A stretch of 40,760 nt of DNA from Clostridiales bacterium (GTDB lineage Bacteria > Bacillota > Clostridia > Oscillospirales > CAG-272): assembly GCA_918290775.1 (NCBI GenBank), contig CAKJZF010000068.1:1-40760 (forward strand), given 5' to 3'. The position numbers and the translations under genes were made by a program. The notes under the pieces were generated by a model, which made no database searches, was not told the DNA's origin, and saw nothing but the letters and a program-made list of their open reading frames with translations. Below, in pieces: positions 9,621 to 17,913 of this stretch (the first letter of the stretch is position 1; the number at the start of each line of letters is the position of its first letter).

Positions 9621-10997
9621 TCAGAGACGGCGAAAACGTCCGCCCGAAAGCTGTTCGATTTTTTCCTCAACCTCGCCGGTAGAGAGCGTGGTTTGTCTGC
9701 CGTCCTCATATTCTTTGTCGATCCACTCTTTGATCGCCACGACCAAAGGATCATGCTTTTCCACCCGCTCCGATTCGGTTAAGCGGTAATTCTCGTTGAT
9801 CCAATACGCGATTCCCGCCAACCCGGACGCCTTTCCGAGCATGACCGACGCCGAACGGTTGAGCAGTTTGCGTGTGTCGAAAATATTGTAGATTTCCTCG
9901 TCCTTGAGCAATCCGTCGGCATGGATACCCGCTCGGGTGACATTGAAATTTCAGCCGACGAAAGGCGTCATGGGCGGAACCTGATAGCCGATTTCGTTCC
10001 GGAAATAGTCGGCAATTTCAGTGATGACGGTGGGATCCATCCCGTCCAACGACCCGCGCATGGACGCATACTCAAACACCATCGCTTCCAAGGGAATATT
10101 TCCCGTCCGTTCCCCGATGCCGAGCAAGGAACAGTTGACTCCGGACGCGCCGTAAAGCCATGCGGTGGTTGCGTTGGTGACTGCCTTATAAAAATCGTTA
10201 TGCCCGTGCCATTCCAGCATTTCGCTGGAAACATCCGAATAATGCTGCAAGCCATAGATGATGCCCGGAACGCTGCGCGGGATCGCGACCTCGGGATACG
10301 GAACGCCATACCCCATTGTGTCGCACGCGCGGATCCGCACCGGGATATTTGCCTGCGCGGAGAGCTTCATCAGCTCGTTGACAAACGGAACCACAAACCC
10401 ATAGAAATCGGCTCGGGTGATGTCCTCCAAATGACAGCGCGGCATTACACCCGCCTCAAAAGCCTCCGAAACGGCGGCAAGATAATGCTCCATGCACTGC
10501 CGCCGCGTCATTTTCATTTTCTTGAAAATGTGGTAGTCACTGCAAGAGACAAGGATACCCGTCTCTCGGATTCCGAGATCCCGAACGAGTTTGAAGTCCT
10601 CTTTGCTCGCCCGGATCCAAGTCGTGATCTCCGGGAATTTCAGCCCAAGCTCCTGGCATTTGGCAACCGCTTCCCGATCCTTTTTGCTGTAAACGAAAAA
10701 TTCGGTTTGACGGATGATCCCGTAGGGACCGCCCAGACGCGACATCAATTTGAAAAGATCGACAATCTGCTGGACGGAATACGGCTCGACCGATTGCTGT
10801 CCGTCGCGAAACGAGGTATCTGTGATCCAGATGTCCTCGGGCATTCCGATCGGAACGCGACGGTGGTTAAACGCCACGCGCGGAACATCTGTGTAGGGGT
10901 AAACATCCCGGTATAGGTTCGGTTCCTCCACGTCCTGCAAAGAATATTTGAAGGTTTCCTGCTCTAACAGGTTTGTTTTTTGTGAAATCTCCAGCAT
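9621..10997 (-). pseudogene. Re-citrate synthase-like gene (homocitrate/2-isopropylmalate synthase family) interrupted by one in-frame TGA
   Basis: ORFs 9951-10997 and 9621-9911 are in the same frame (9953-9911 = 42 nt). Read through, the junction is ...PMTPFVG-TGA-NFNVTRAGIHADGLLKDEE..., a continuous family motif. The N-terminal part carries DTSFRDGQQ and HGHNDF. The true start is the ATG at 10997, 9 nt after AAGGAGG. Confidence 0.8.
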
Positions 10998-11011
10998 TTG
11001 GGATTGCCTCC

Positions 11012-11029
11012 TTGTATTTATGTATACAA
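11012..11029. promoter_or_regulatory. candidate GntR operator
   Basis: Inverted repeat TTGTAT-N6-ATACAA containing the perfect palindrome TGTATACA (11021-11028). It lies between the -10 box and the RBS and fits the generic GntR GT-N-AC pattern. Confidence 0.35.
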
Positions 11030-11057
11030 TTATACGCGTTTGACTATGCTTTGTCAA
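11029..11057 (-). promoter_or_regulatory. promoter of the citrate-branch operon
   Basis: Perfect consensus on the minus strand: TTGACA (11057-11052), 17 bp, TATAAT (11034-11029). Confidence 0.75.
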
Positions 11058-11090
11058 TATAAAATGCAAAAATAAATATAAAAACTTGCA

Positions 11091-11138
11091 AAAAAAATGC
11101 CTTTTCAGGCGATTGAGCCGTCTGAAAAGGCATTTTTG
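11091..11138 (-). terminator. intrinsic terminator after the membrane-protein gene
   Basis: 14-bp stem aaatgccttttcag (11095-11108) / ctgaaaaggcattt (11122-11135), flanked by A- and T-runs. Confidence 0.85.
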
Positions 11139-11156
11139 GAATAGCAACTTGCATAT

Positions 11157-11813
11157 TCAATAGAAATAATCAATAAATCTCTTCACATACAAGAACATTC
11201 GATTGCTGAAATACCCGACATTCCGGCGAAGAAAATCCTTCATTTGCGGTCCGGGTGTCGGTTCCGCTTCCAAAATCATGAGAAACGCGCGAACAATCTG
11301 TTTCTCTCCGACGCGCTCCAGCGAATTGCAAAGAATACGGATCACGTCCTCCGAAGCGTTTTCCAAATACTCCCAATAAGGAGAATCGGGTTCCTTATCG
11401 CCCATATCATAGAGCATCTTATAGGCAACCAGCGGACGGTAGACTCCGCGATGCCCGAAATTGCTTCCCCGCTCCAGCACGTCCCCCGACCACAAAAGCT
11501 CCGGTGAATCCGCGATTTGCGCCAGGAAAAACGTCATTCGGTCGATCACGATCTGCGGCGTCAACTCATTGACCGACATATTCTGTTTGGTTCGCCTGTT
11601 ATAAAGGAAGAAGTTTGGCTCGGTATCGCGGGAGAGCCACCAATAGAGCAGAAACAAACCCGAAAGAACCACGAGCAGAATCCCGCAGATGACCCCAAGC
11701 ACTTTCTTGTAGCCGTCACCATGTCCTGCAACGACAAACAGAACGATCGCAACGATCAGACAGATCGCCGCGATTGCGATCAGAGCAATGGTCTGCCACT
11801 TTTTGCCGCTCAT
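11157..11813 (-). CDS. hypothetical membrane protein (two N-terminal TM helices plus a ~140-aa soluble domain)
   Basis: ORF with RBS GAGAGGAA before the ATG at 11813. Hydrophobic segments are TIALIAIAAICLIVAIVLFVV and VLGVICGILLVVLSGLFLLYWW. I recognise no family. Confidence 0.7.
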   Translation of the reverse strand: MSGKKWQTIALIAIAAICLIVAIVLFVVAGHGDGYKKVLGVICGILLVVLSGLFLLYWWLSRDTEPNFFLYNRRTKQNMSVNELTPQIVIDRMTFFLAQIADSPELLWSGDVLERGSNFGHRGVYRPLVAYKMLYDMGDKEPDSPYWEYLENASEDVIRILCNSLERVGEKQIVRAFLMILEAEPTPGPQMKDFLRRNVGYFSNRMFLYVKRFIDYFY

Positions 11814-11888
11814 GATTGGTTCCTCTCTTTCTTTGTCATTCCTGCACACGATCATGCAAACGTTTATTGGAATCGTTCAGATGTATCC

Positions 11889-11897
11889 ATTATATCA
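11889..11897 (-). promoter_or_regulatory. extended -10 element (TGATATAAT) upstream of the membrane-protein gene
   Basis: Minus strand TGATATAAT. No good -35 is present at 17 bp. Confidence 0.35.
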
Positions 11898-11946
11898 CGA
11901 AGCAAAAATGCTTGCTTGCAAGGGCATTTTTGCGAGGTCATAAATA

Positions 11947-12016
11947 TCGCAGGCGGGCGTCAGCCCGCGCAGGGGCGATAGCCCAAAACTTTTTTTTGCA
12001 AAAAAAGTTTCTGCGA
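11947..12016 (-). other. 70-nt multi-hairpin (cloverleaf-like) palindrome cluster
   Basis: Closing helix tcgcag (11947-11952) / ctgcga (12011-12016). It encloses three hairpins: GCGGGC/GCCCGC (11953-11968), GGGC/GCCC (11973-11984) and an 11-bp all-A/T stem (11986-12010). Confidence 0.4.
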
Positions 12017-12018
12017 AT

Positions 12019-12047
12019 ATTATATCATAATCCGTTTTCGATTGCAA
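12019..12047 (-). promoter_or_regulatory. sigma-70-type promoter in the wecB / membrane-protein intergenic region
   Basis: Minus strand TTGCAA (12047-12042), 17 bp, TGATATAAT (-10 at 12024-12019). Confidence 0.5.
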
Positions 12048-12076
12048 GCAATTTTTGTGATTTCGACAAATATTTC

Positions 12077-13165
12077 TTACAGACCCGTCAATATTTCCGC
12101 GATGCGTTCAGCAGATTTTCCGTCGCCGAAAATATCGGACGGTCGGTTCATCGCCGCATAAAGCTCGGAATCCGGCTTCAGCAACGCCTGTGCGGCGGCA
12201 TAGATCCCGTCCTCATGCGTTCCCGAAAGCATCAGGCAACCCGCACGGACGCCCTCCGTCCGTTCTGTGGCATACCGCATGACGATGGTTGGAATCCCGA
12301 GCGCCGTGACCTCTTCCTGGATCCCGCCGCTGTCGGTCAAAACGAGCTTGCACCGGGCGAGCAACTGATGAAAGCGAACCGGTCCCGGCGGATCGACAAA
12401 GCGAATGCGATCGTGTCCTTCCGCCGGCTCGTATGCCTCCCGCACGCTCGGATTGGTATGTCGCGGGCAAATTGCAATCAGGTTCGGATGTGCTTCAATG
12501 ATCCGACGAAGCGCGCGAAACATTCCGCGCATGGTTTCTCCGCTGTTTTCCCGCCGATGCGCCGTGAACAGAATCGGGGTCAGTCGCGGTGGCAGATCCC
12601 ATTCGGCGGTCACGGGCTGCTGCAAGGAACGGTACAGCGCGTCGATGACGGTATTCCCGACCACGAAAATCTTCTTTTCGTCGATGCCTTCCGCCGTCAG
12701 GTTTCGCTTGCCGGTCGGGGTTGGTGCAAAATGCAGATCCGCCGCGAGCGAAATGGCTCTGCGGTGGTATTCTTCCGGGAAAGGCGATCGCATCCGATGC
12801 GTCCGCAATCCCGCCTCAACGTGCGCCATGCAAACGCCTTCATAGAACGCGGAAAGCGCCGCGGCAAAGGCAGTTGCGGTATCTCCCTGCACGACAACAC
12901 AATCGGGTTTCGTGCGGCGGATGACCTCGCCTGTTTGCTCCGTCAGTCGGGCGCAAAGAGAGGTCAGGGGCTGTCCTTGTCTCATCACGTCCAAGGTGAT
13001 CTGCGGGCGAACGCGGAAATCCCGCAATGCCTCCTCCATCAACTCCCGATGCTGACCCGTGGCGCAAACGATCGGTTCCGCTCCGCGCGTCTCCAGCGCG
13101 GGGATCAGCGGGCAGAGCTTGATTGCTTCCGGGCGCGTCCCCATTACCAAAAGAATCCGTTTCAT
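12077..13165 (-). CDS. wecB: UDP-N-acetylglucosamine 2-epimerase (non-hydrolysing)
   Basis: MKRILLVMGTRPEAIKL..., QGDT and HVEAGLR motifs. The start at 13165 lies 6 nt after GGAGG. Confidence 0.92.
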   Translation of the reverse strand: MKRILLVMGTRPEAIKLCPLIPALETRGAEPIVCATGQHRELMEEALRDFRVRPQITLDVMRQGQPLTSLCARLTEQTGEVIRRTKPDCVVVQGDTATAFAAALSAFYEGVCMAHVEAGLRTHRMRSPFPEEYHRRAISLAADLHFAPTPTGKRNLTAEGIDEKKIFVVGNTVIDALYRSLQQPVTAEWDLPPRLTPILFTAHRRENSGETMRGMFRALRRIIEAHPNLIAICPRHTNPSVREAYEPAEGHDRIRFVDPPGPVRFHQLLARCKLVLTDSGGIQEEVTALGIPTIVMRYATERTEGVRAGCLMLSGTHEDGIYAAAQALLKPDSELYAAMNRPSDIFGDGKSAERIAEILTGL

Positions 13166-13242
13166 CGTATACCTCCGAATCATCGTTGGTATCATTCTAC
13201 GGATGAACGCCGGTATTTAGAACGCGCGACAGCCTTTTCTCG

Positions 13243-14001
13243 TCATTTCTTCTGCTGGCGGCACCAGATCTTCATGACAAGCCGATGCGGCAACAGCTTG
13301 GTAAAGAACACCTGCACGCGGATCGAGAAGCCGCACACCGAAACGTCCTTTCCCTTTTTCATATCTCGGATTGCCCGGCGAATAACCTGCTCGGGTGTGA
13401 AAAATTTGTTATAGTATTGAATGGTGTCATCCACAACGGCACGGTCGAAAAACTCGGTTCTGACCCAGCCCGGGCAAACTGCCATCACGCGGATTTTCCG
13501 CTTTTTCAATTCCACGTTCAACGCGCGGCTGAAACTCAAAACAAACGCTTTCGTCGCGCCGTAAACGTTGATATACGGAACCGGTTGGAAGGAAGAAAGC
13601 GAATCAAGCTGATAAATCTCCGCACCTTCGTGCATATAAGGAAGCGTGAGATAGGTCATGGCGACATAGGCTTTGTCGTTGAGGTCTATCATGTTCATTA
13701 TCGCGTCGTAGTCCATCTCTTCAAACGATCCGAATTTTCCGAATCCGCTCGCGTTGACCAAGATCTTGACGTCGGGCTTCTCCGCCTTCAGCAGATCCCG
13801 ATAGGTATCCATACTCTCGCGATCGGTCAGATCCATCGAAAGGATGCGGATCGGCGTTTCAACAATAGCTGATAGCTCCTCCAACCGCTCCCGTCGACGC
13901 GCGATGACCCAAATTTCTTCCAAATCCTCAGTTTTGGAAAGCTGCAGAACAAACTCCCGTCCCATCCCCGAGGATGCGCCTGTGATGACAGCGATCTTCA
14001 T
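13243..14001 (-). CDS. SDR family oxidoreductase
   Basis: TGASSGMG cofactor motif and a YGATK catalytic motif. 252 aa with RBS AAGGAG. Confidence 0.9.
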   Translation of the reverse strand: MKIAVITGASSGMGREFVLQLSKTEDLEEIWVIARRRERLEELSAIVETPIRILSMDLTDRESMDTYRDLLKAEKPDVKILVNASGFGKFGSFEEMDYDAIMNMIDLNDKAYVAMTYLTLPYMHEGAEIYQLDSLSSFQPVPYINVYGATKAFVLSFSRALNVELKKRKIRVMAVCPGWVRTEFFDRAVVDDTIQYYNKFFTPEQVIRRAIRDMKKGKDVSVCGFSIRVQVFFTKLLPHRLVMKIWCRQQKK

Positions 14002-14021
14002 TTTATGAAAGCTCCTTGTTT

Positions 14022-15260
14022 TCAGATGATCAGATGAACGGGAATGCCCTGCCGAAACACGGGCTTCACTTCCCCTTCAATCAGCGGCAACAAGTAGGCA
14101 CAGCACCGGTCGGTTACTTGATTGCCGCGCTCATTGATCCATGAGAGATCCACCGTACGGTTGCGGTTTGCAATCTCCGACGCCGGTATATGCCCGATGC
14201 GGATCCGATACGGCTCGTCCGATTCGCGGCAAAAGGTCATCATCTCGCCGGATCCGCCTCGGCAAGCGAATCTGACCGCCGCTTTGCCGATGGCAACCGA
14301 TTCGCGCAGATCCGTTGCCGACGCCATATGTGCGCCGCAGCGCTGCGGCAAACTCAATTCAATGGAACGCACCTTACACCCGATTGCCTGACGCACGGCA
14401 TTTTCCAAAACCTTTCCGACGCCTGCCAAATACGTATGACCGAAAACATCTGTCGCTCCGCTCTGTCCGCCTTCGCCGACATAACGTCCGTTTGGAAAGC
14501 GAACCCCTTCGGACACTGCGACAACCACGTTTGGATGACGTTTGAGTGCCACCCGCACATCTGAAAGGAACTGATCGGGATCAAACGGACGCTCCGGCAA
14601 ATAAACAAAATCGGGTTCTGCCCCGCCCGTCAGCCGTCCGAGGGCCGACGCCGCCGTAAGCCACCCGGCGTCCCTTCCCATCAGCTCTACGATGGTGACC
14701 GCCGGAACGCGATAGACCGCGCAGTCGCGCAAAATCTCCTGCATGGTCACAGCGATGTATTTCGCCGCGGAACCGAATCCGGGAGAATGATCGGTTACTA
14801 CCAGATCATTGTCGATGGTTTTCGGAATCCCGATCACGCGCATCTCATAATCCGATGTACGCAGATAATCGGTCAGTTTGGCAACCGTGTCCATAGAATC
14901 ATTACCGCCGATGTAGAAGAAATAGCGGATTTGATATCGACGAAAAACGGCGATCAGCCGCTCATAGAGGGCGGGGTCGCCGGCAGGCTCCGGCAATCTC
15001 ATACGGCAGGACCCCAACGCGGCGGCGGGTGTTTGCTCCAACAATCGGAGTTTTTCCGCGGAACCACCGAAAAATACGGATAGATCCACAAAATCTTCCC
15101 GTAAAAGTCCTTCTATGCCGTTTCTCATGCCATAGAGCTTTGCGATATTTTGACCGTGATTTTGCAATACACCGCGCACCACACCTGAAAGCGTGGCATT
15201 GATTGCCGAGGTGGGACCTCCACTCTGCCCCACAACGGCATTTCCATATAAAGTATTCAT
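14022..15260 (-). CDS. pfp: phosphofructokinase, probably PPi-dependent (diphosphate--fructose-6-phosphate 1-phosphotransferase)
   Basis: PFK family (GQSGGPTSAINA). It has GGNDS instead of GGDGS, and PKTIDND with Lys before TIDND, which are the two classic PPi-versus-ATP determinants. The start at 15260 follows GGAGG. Confidence 0.8.
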   Translation of the reverse strand: MNTLYGNAVVGQSGGPTSAINATLSGVVRGVLQNHGQNIAKLYGMRNGIEGLLREDFVDLSVFFGGSAEKLRLLEQTPAAALGSCRMRLPEPAGDPALYERLIAVFRRYQIRYFFYIGGNDSMDTVAKLTDYLRTSDYEMRVIGIPKTIDNDLVVTDHSPGFGSAAKYIAVTMQEILRDCAVYRVPAVTIVELMGRDAGWLTAASALGRLTGGAEPDFVYLPERPFDPDQFLSDVRVALKRHPNVVVAVSEGVRFPNGRYVGEGGQSGATDVFGHTYLAGVGKVLENAVRQAIGCKVRSIELSLPQRCGAHMASATDLRESVAIGKAAVRFACRGGSGEMMTFCRESDEPYRIRIGHIPASEIANRNRTVDLSWINERGNQVTDRCCAYLLPLIEGEVKPVFRQGIPVHLII

Positions 15261-15408
15261 TTTCTTCAAGCCTCCGTATTTTTCTACCAGGCAAATATAT
15301 TTTACCATTTTTTTTACGGCTTGTCAACCGCAAAATGGAATTTTGTACAGGCAAGAAAGCGAGGGGAGCTTCATATATTGAATCATACGACGTAAGGAGG
15401 ACTGCCTC

Positions 15409-16089
15409 ATGCTTGCTCTGCTCATTTCCCTGCTCGCGCGTGTGACGCATCTGATCCTTGGGATCAACACCCCGCAAAAATATCCCCCTCCGCTTCCAGC
15501 CGACGAGGAATACCGTTGCTTTCTCGCGGCGCGGGACGGTGACGAGGATGCCCGCCAACGGCTGATCCTGCACAATCTCCGACTTGTCTCCCACATTGTC
15601 CGCAAATATTATTCCACCGCGAAAAACCCCGAAGATCTTGTTTCCATCGGGACGGTCGGGCTTGTGAAAGCGGTGGACAGTTTTCGCGTTGAGAACGGAG
15701 CAAAATTCGCTACTTATGCCGCGAAATGCATTCAGAATGAGATTCTGATGTTTTTTCGTGCGCAGAAAAAGCTGACTTCCGAGGTCTCGCTCAATGAAAC
15801 AATCGACGTTGACCGCGACGGCAATCCGCTGACCTACATTGACGTGATCAGCTGCGAGGACGACATTGCCGATGAAATTGACCGCAAGATCATGACAACA
15901 AAAATGCTCGGCTTTGTGAACACCCTGCTCACGGCGCGGGAGCGGCAGATTGTGATCCTTCGATATGGGCTGGGGGACACGGAACCACACGCCCAACGCG
16001 AGGTTGCCGCCATGCTCGGCATTTCCCGGTCGTACGTCTCCCGCATCGAAAAGGGCGCCTTGGAAAAGCTACGCCGTGCACTCGAATGA
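15409..16089 (+). CDS. sigK: sporulation sigma factor with a short pro-sequence, most like SigK (SigE not excluded)
   Basis: Hydrophobic ~20-aa leader, then YPPPL, LHNLRLVSHIVRKY, ATYAAKCIQNEILM and GISRSYVSRIEK. RBS AAGGAGG. The gene is uninterrupted. Confidence 0.8.
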   Translation: MLALLISLLARVTHLILGINTPQKYPPPLPADEEYRCFLAARDGDEDARQRLILHNLRLVSHIVRKYYSTAKNPEDLVSIGTVGLVKAVDSFRVENGAKFATYAAKCIQNEILMFFRAQKKLTSEVSLNETIDVDRDGNPLTYIDVISCEDDIADEIDRKIMTTKMLGFVNTLLTARERQIVILRYGLGDTEPHAQREVAAMLGISRSYVSRIEKGALEKLRRALE

Positions 16090-16092
16090 ATC

Positions 16093-16119
16093 ATGACCAC
16101 CGGCAAAGCCGGTGGTCAT
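16093..16119. terminator. hairpin between convergent sigK and the DUF421 gene
   Basis: Perfect 12-bp stem atgaccaccggc / gccggtggtcat with loop aaa. It overlaps the DUF421 stop codon and has no clear U-tract. Confidence 0.5.
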
Positions 16120-16808
16120 GTCTCATTCTTGTCGGGTTCAATCGGAAACAGAGATAGCTTTTTTTCGTTGTCACATAGACCGAGAAAGATTTCCTTTGCT
16201 TGATGATAGCCCTGCGCTTTCAGTTGCTTTTCCAACCATGCCGCGTCCAAACCCATCCGTTTGAGATTTTCCTCCATGATGCGCCCGTCCATAATGACTT
16301 CGGTGTTGATATGAGCGGGTTTCGGTTTCAGTTGCATATCGGCAGGCGTCACGGGGCGTTTGGAACTGACGGGCAGTATGCTCAATTTGCCGTTGTTTTC
16401 AAAAACCGCCGTTTGAATATCGTTCAGATCAAAATAACCTTGTTCCCGGCACAAGAGCATAAATTCGCTCAAATCCAAATTTGCCTTTTTCAAGTTTTTT
16501 CGGTAAAGCTTACCGCTATCCAGCAGAATCGTTGGCGAACCGTTGATATATTTGCGCGTTTTGGGTAGTTTATGCGTCAAGAAGCTTAAACCGACCCCAA
16601 CGATCCCGTAAACCGTCATTGCAATGAGCGGTTTTACGGGCTTTTCCAATTCGGTTGCCAGTTCTGCCGCAATGGAACCAATGGTGATTCCCGTGATATA
16701 ATCGAAAAAATCAAGCTGCGCCACTTGTTTGTGCCCCATCATTTTTGCAATCAGGAACAACGCCGCGACTGACAATAGCGACGTCAAAATCACTTTCAGA
16801 AATTCCAT
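16116..16808 (-). CDS. DUF421 (YetF/YdfS-like) membrane protein
   Basis: N-terminal TM region with MGHKQVAQLDFFDYITGITIGSIAAE, then a soluble C-terminal domain. RBS GGAGGA. Confidence 0.85.
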   Translation of the reverse strand: MEFLKVILTSLLSVAALFLIAKMMGHKQVAQLDFFDYITGITIGSIAAELATELEKPVKPLIAMTVYGIVGVGLSFLTHKLPKTRKYINGSPTILLDSGKLYRKNLKKANLDLSEFMLLCREQGYFDLNDIQTAVFENNGKLSILPVSSKRPVTPADMQLKPKPAHINTEVIMDGRIMEENLKRMGLDAAWLEKQLKAQGYHQAKEIFLGLCDNEKKLSLFPIEPDKNET

Positions 16809-16885
16809 CGTCCGATTCCTCCGCTCGCTTTTGGGTCAGTGTTCCACAAAAATGAAAAAACATACCCCCGAAGCAACTGCTCAAA

Positions 16886-16932
16886 TATAAAAAACACATA
16901 CCGCGGTGTCTTTTCCACGGTATGTGTTTTTG
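16886..16932. terminator. intrinsic terminator after recR
   Basis: Stem acacataccg (16894-16903) / cggtatgtgt (16918-16927), with T-runs on both strands. Confidence 0.8.
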
Positions 16933-16946
16933 TTATTTCAATAAAT

Positions 16947-17546
16947 TCAAACTTCTCTTCTGCCTTCGAGTGCGCGGAACAAAGTCACCTCGTCCGCATA
17001 CTCCAAATCCGCGCCGACCGGGACGCCGTATGCCAATCTTGTGACCTTGATTTCAAAGGGCTTGAGCAGTCTGGAAAGATACATTGCCGTCGCCTCCCCT
17101 TCCACGGTCGGGTTGGTTGCGACGATGACCTCTTTGACCTCTCCTTCGCTGACGCGTTCTAACAGTTCTTTGATTTTGAGCTGTTCCGGCGTTACGCCGT
17201 TCATCGGGGAAATCAGACCGTGCAGAACGTGATAGGTCCCGCGGTATTCCCGTACCTTTTCCATCGCAATCACGGTTTTCGCATCGGTCACCACGCAAAT
17301 GACCGAGCGATCCCTACCGAGGTCGGAACAGATAGGGCAAACATCTTGATCGGTCAGGTTTTGACAAATCGGGCAAAGGTGAATCTTTTGCTTCGCGTCC
17401 ACAGCCGCCTGCGCAAACGCGGCGACGTCCTCCTCGCTCCATTCAAGAAGCGAGAAAGCCATTCGCATTGCCGATTTTCTCCCAACGCCCTCCAGCCTGC
17501 CGAACTGCTCGGCAAGGCGCTGCAAAGATTCGATATACTCCGCCAT
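16947..17546 (-). CDS. recR: recombination protein RecR
   Basis: 199 aa with GVGRKSA (HhH), a C4 zinc finger CPICQNL...CPIC and a Toprim region. Confidence 0.95.
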   Translation of the reverse strand: MAEYIESLQRLAEQFGRLEGVGRKSAMRMAFSLLEWSEEDVAAFAQAAVDAKQKIHLCPICQNLTDQDVCPICSDLGRDRSVICVVTDAKTVIAMEKVREYRGTYHVLHGLISPMNGVTPEQLKIKELLERVSEGEVKEVIVATNPTVEGEATAMYLSRLLKPFEIKVTRLAYGVPVGADLEYADEVTLFRALEGRREV

Positions 17547-17550
17547 AGGA

Positions 17551-17901
17551 TTACATCAGACCCGGGATCGATGGCATTTGCCCCGTGATCTTGCCAAGTT
17601 CTTCGCTGTTGGTATCTTCCACGCGCTTGATCGCCTCATTGACCGCGGCAACGAGAATGTCGGAAAGGGTTTCAATGTCGTCCGGATCCACGATCTCCGG
17701 CGCAAGATCAATCGAAAGGATCTCTTTTTTGCCGTTGATCTTCACGTTGACGACACCACCGCCCGCGGAGATGTCATATTCTCTCGCGTCCAACTCCTCC
17801 TGCTTGGCGGCAACATCTTCCTGCGCTTTCTGCACCTGACGAAGAATCGCCTGCATATTCTGTGGACCTCCGCCCATCCCCTTCGGAATATTCGCTCTCA
17901 T
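17551..17901 (-). CDS. ybaB: YbaB/EbfC nucleoid-associated protein
   Basis: 116 aa with NMQAILRQVQKAQE...GGGVV.V..NG motifs, in the conserved position between dnaX and recR. Confidence 0.93.
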   Translation of the reverse strand: MRANIPKGMGGGPQNMQAILRQVQKAQEDVAAKQEELDAREYDISAGGGVVNVKINGKKEILSIDLAPEIVDPDDIETLSDILVAAVNEAIKRVEDTNSEELGKITGQMPSIPGLM

Positions 17902-17913
17902 GTCCCTTCTCCT

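Noticed and set aside
9951-9953. TGA as selenocysteine or as a reassigned sense codon
   Set aside because: Many genes in the window terminate at TGA at their expected ends (asnS, CPBP-1, gntR, DUF421, recR, XRE, phosphorylase, tex), so the genetic code is standard. The position is not a catalytic Cys site in this family. Only a tiny ACCC-GAGC-GGGT hairpin follows, not a convincing bacterial SECIS.
15261-15408. Mother-cell (sigma-E / sigma-K) promoter motifs upstream of sigK (CATATATT and CATACGA)
   Set aside because: The CATA-type boxes are present, but I could not pair them with a correctly spaced -35 element, so the evidence is too weak to annotate.
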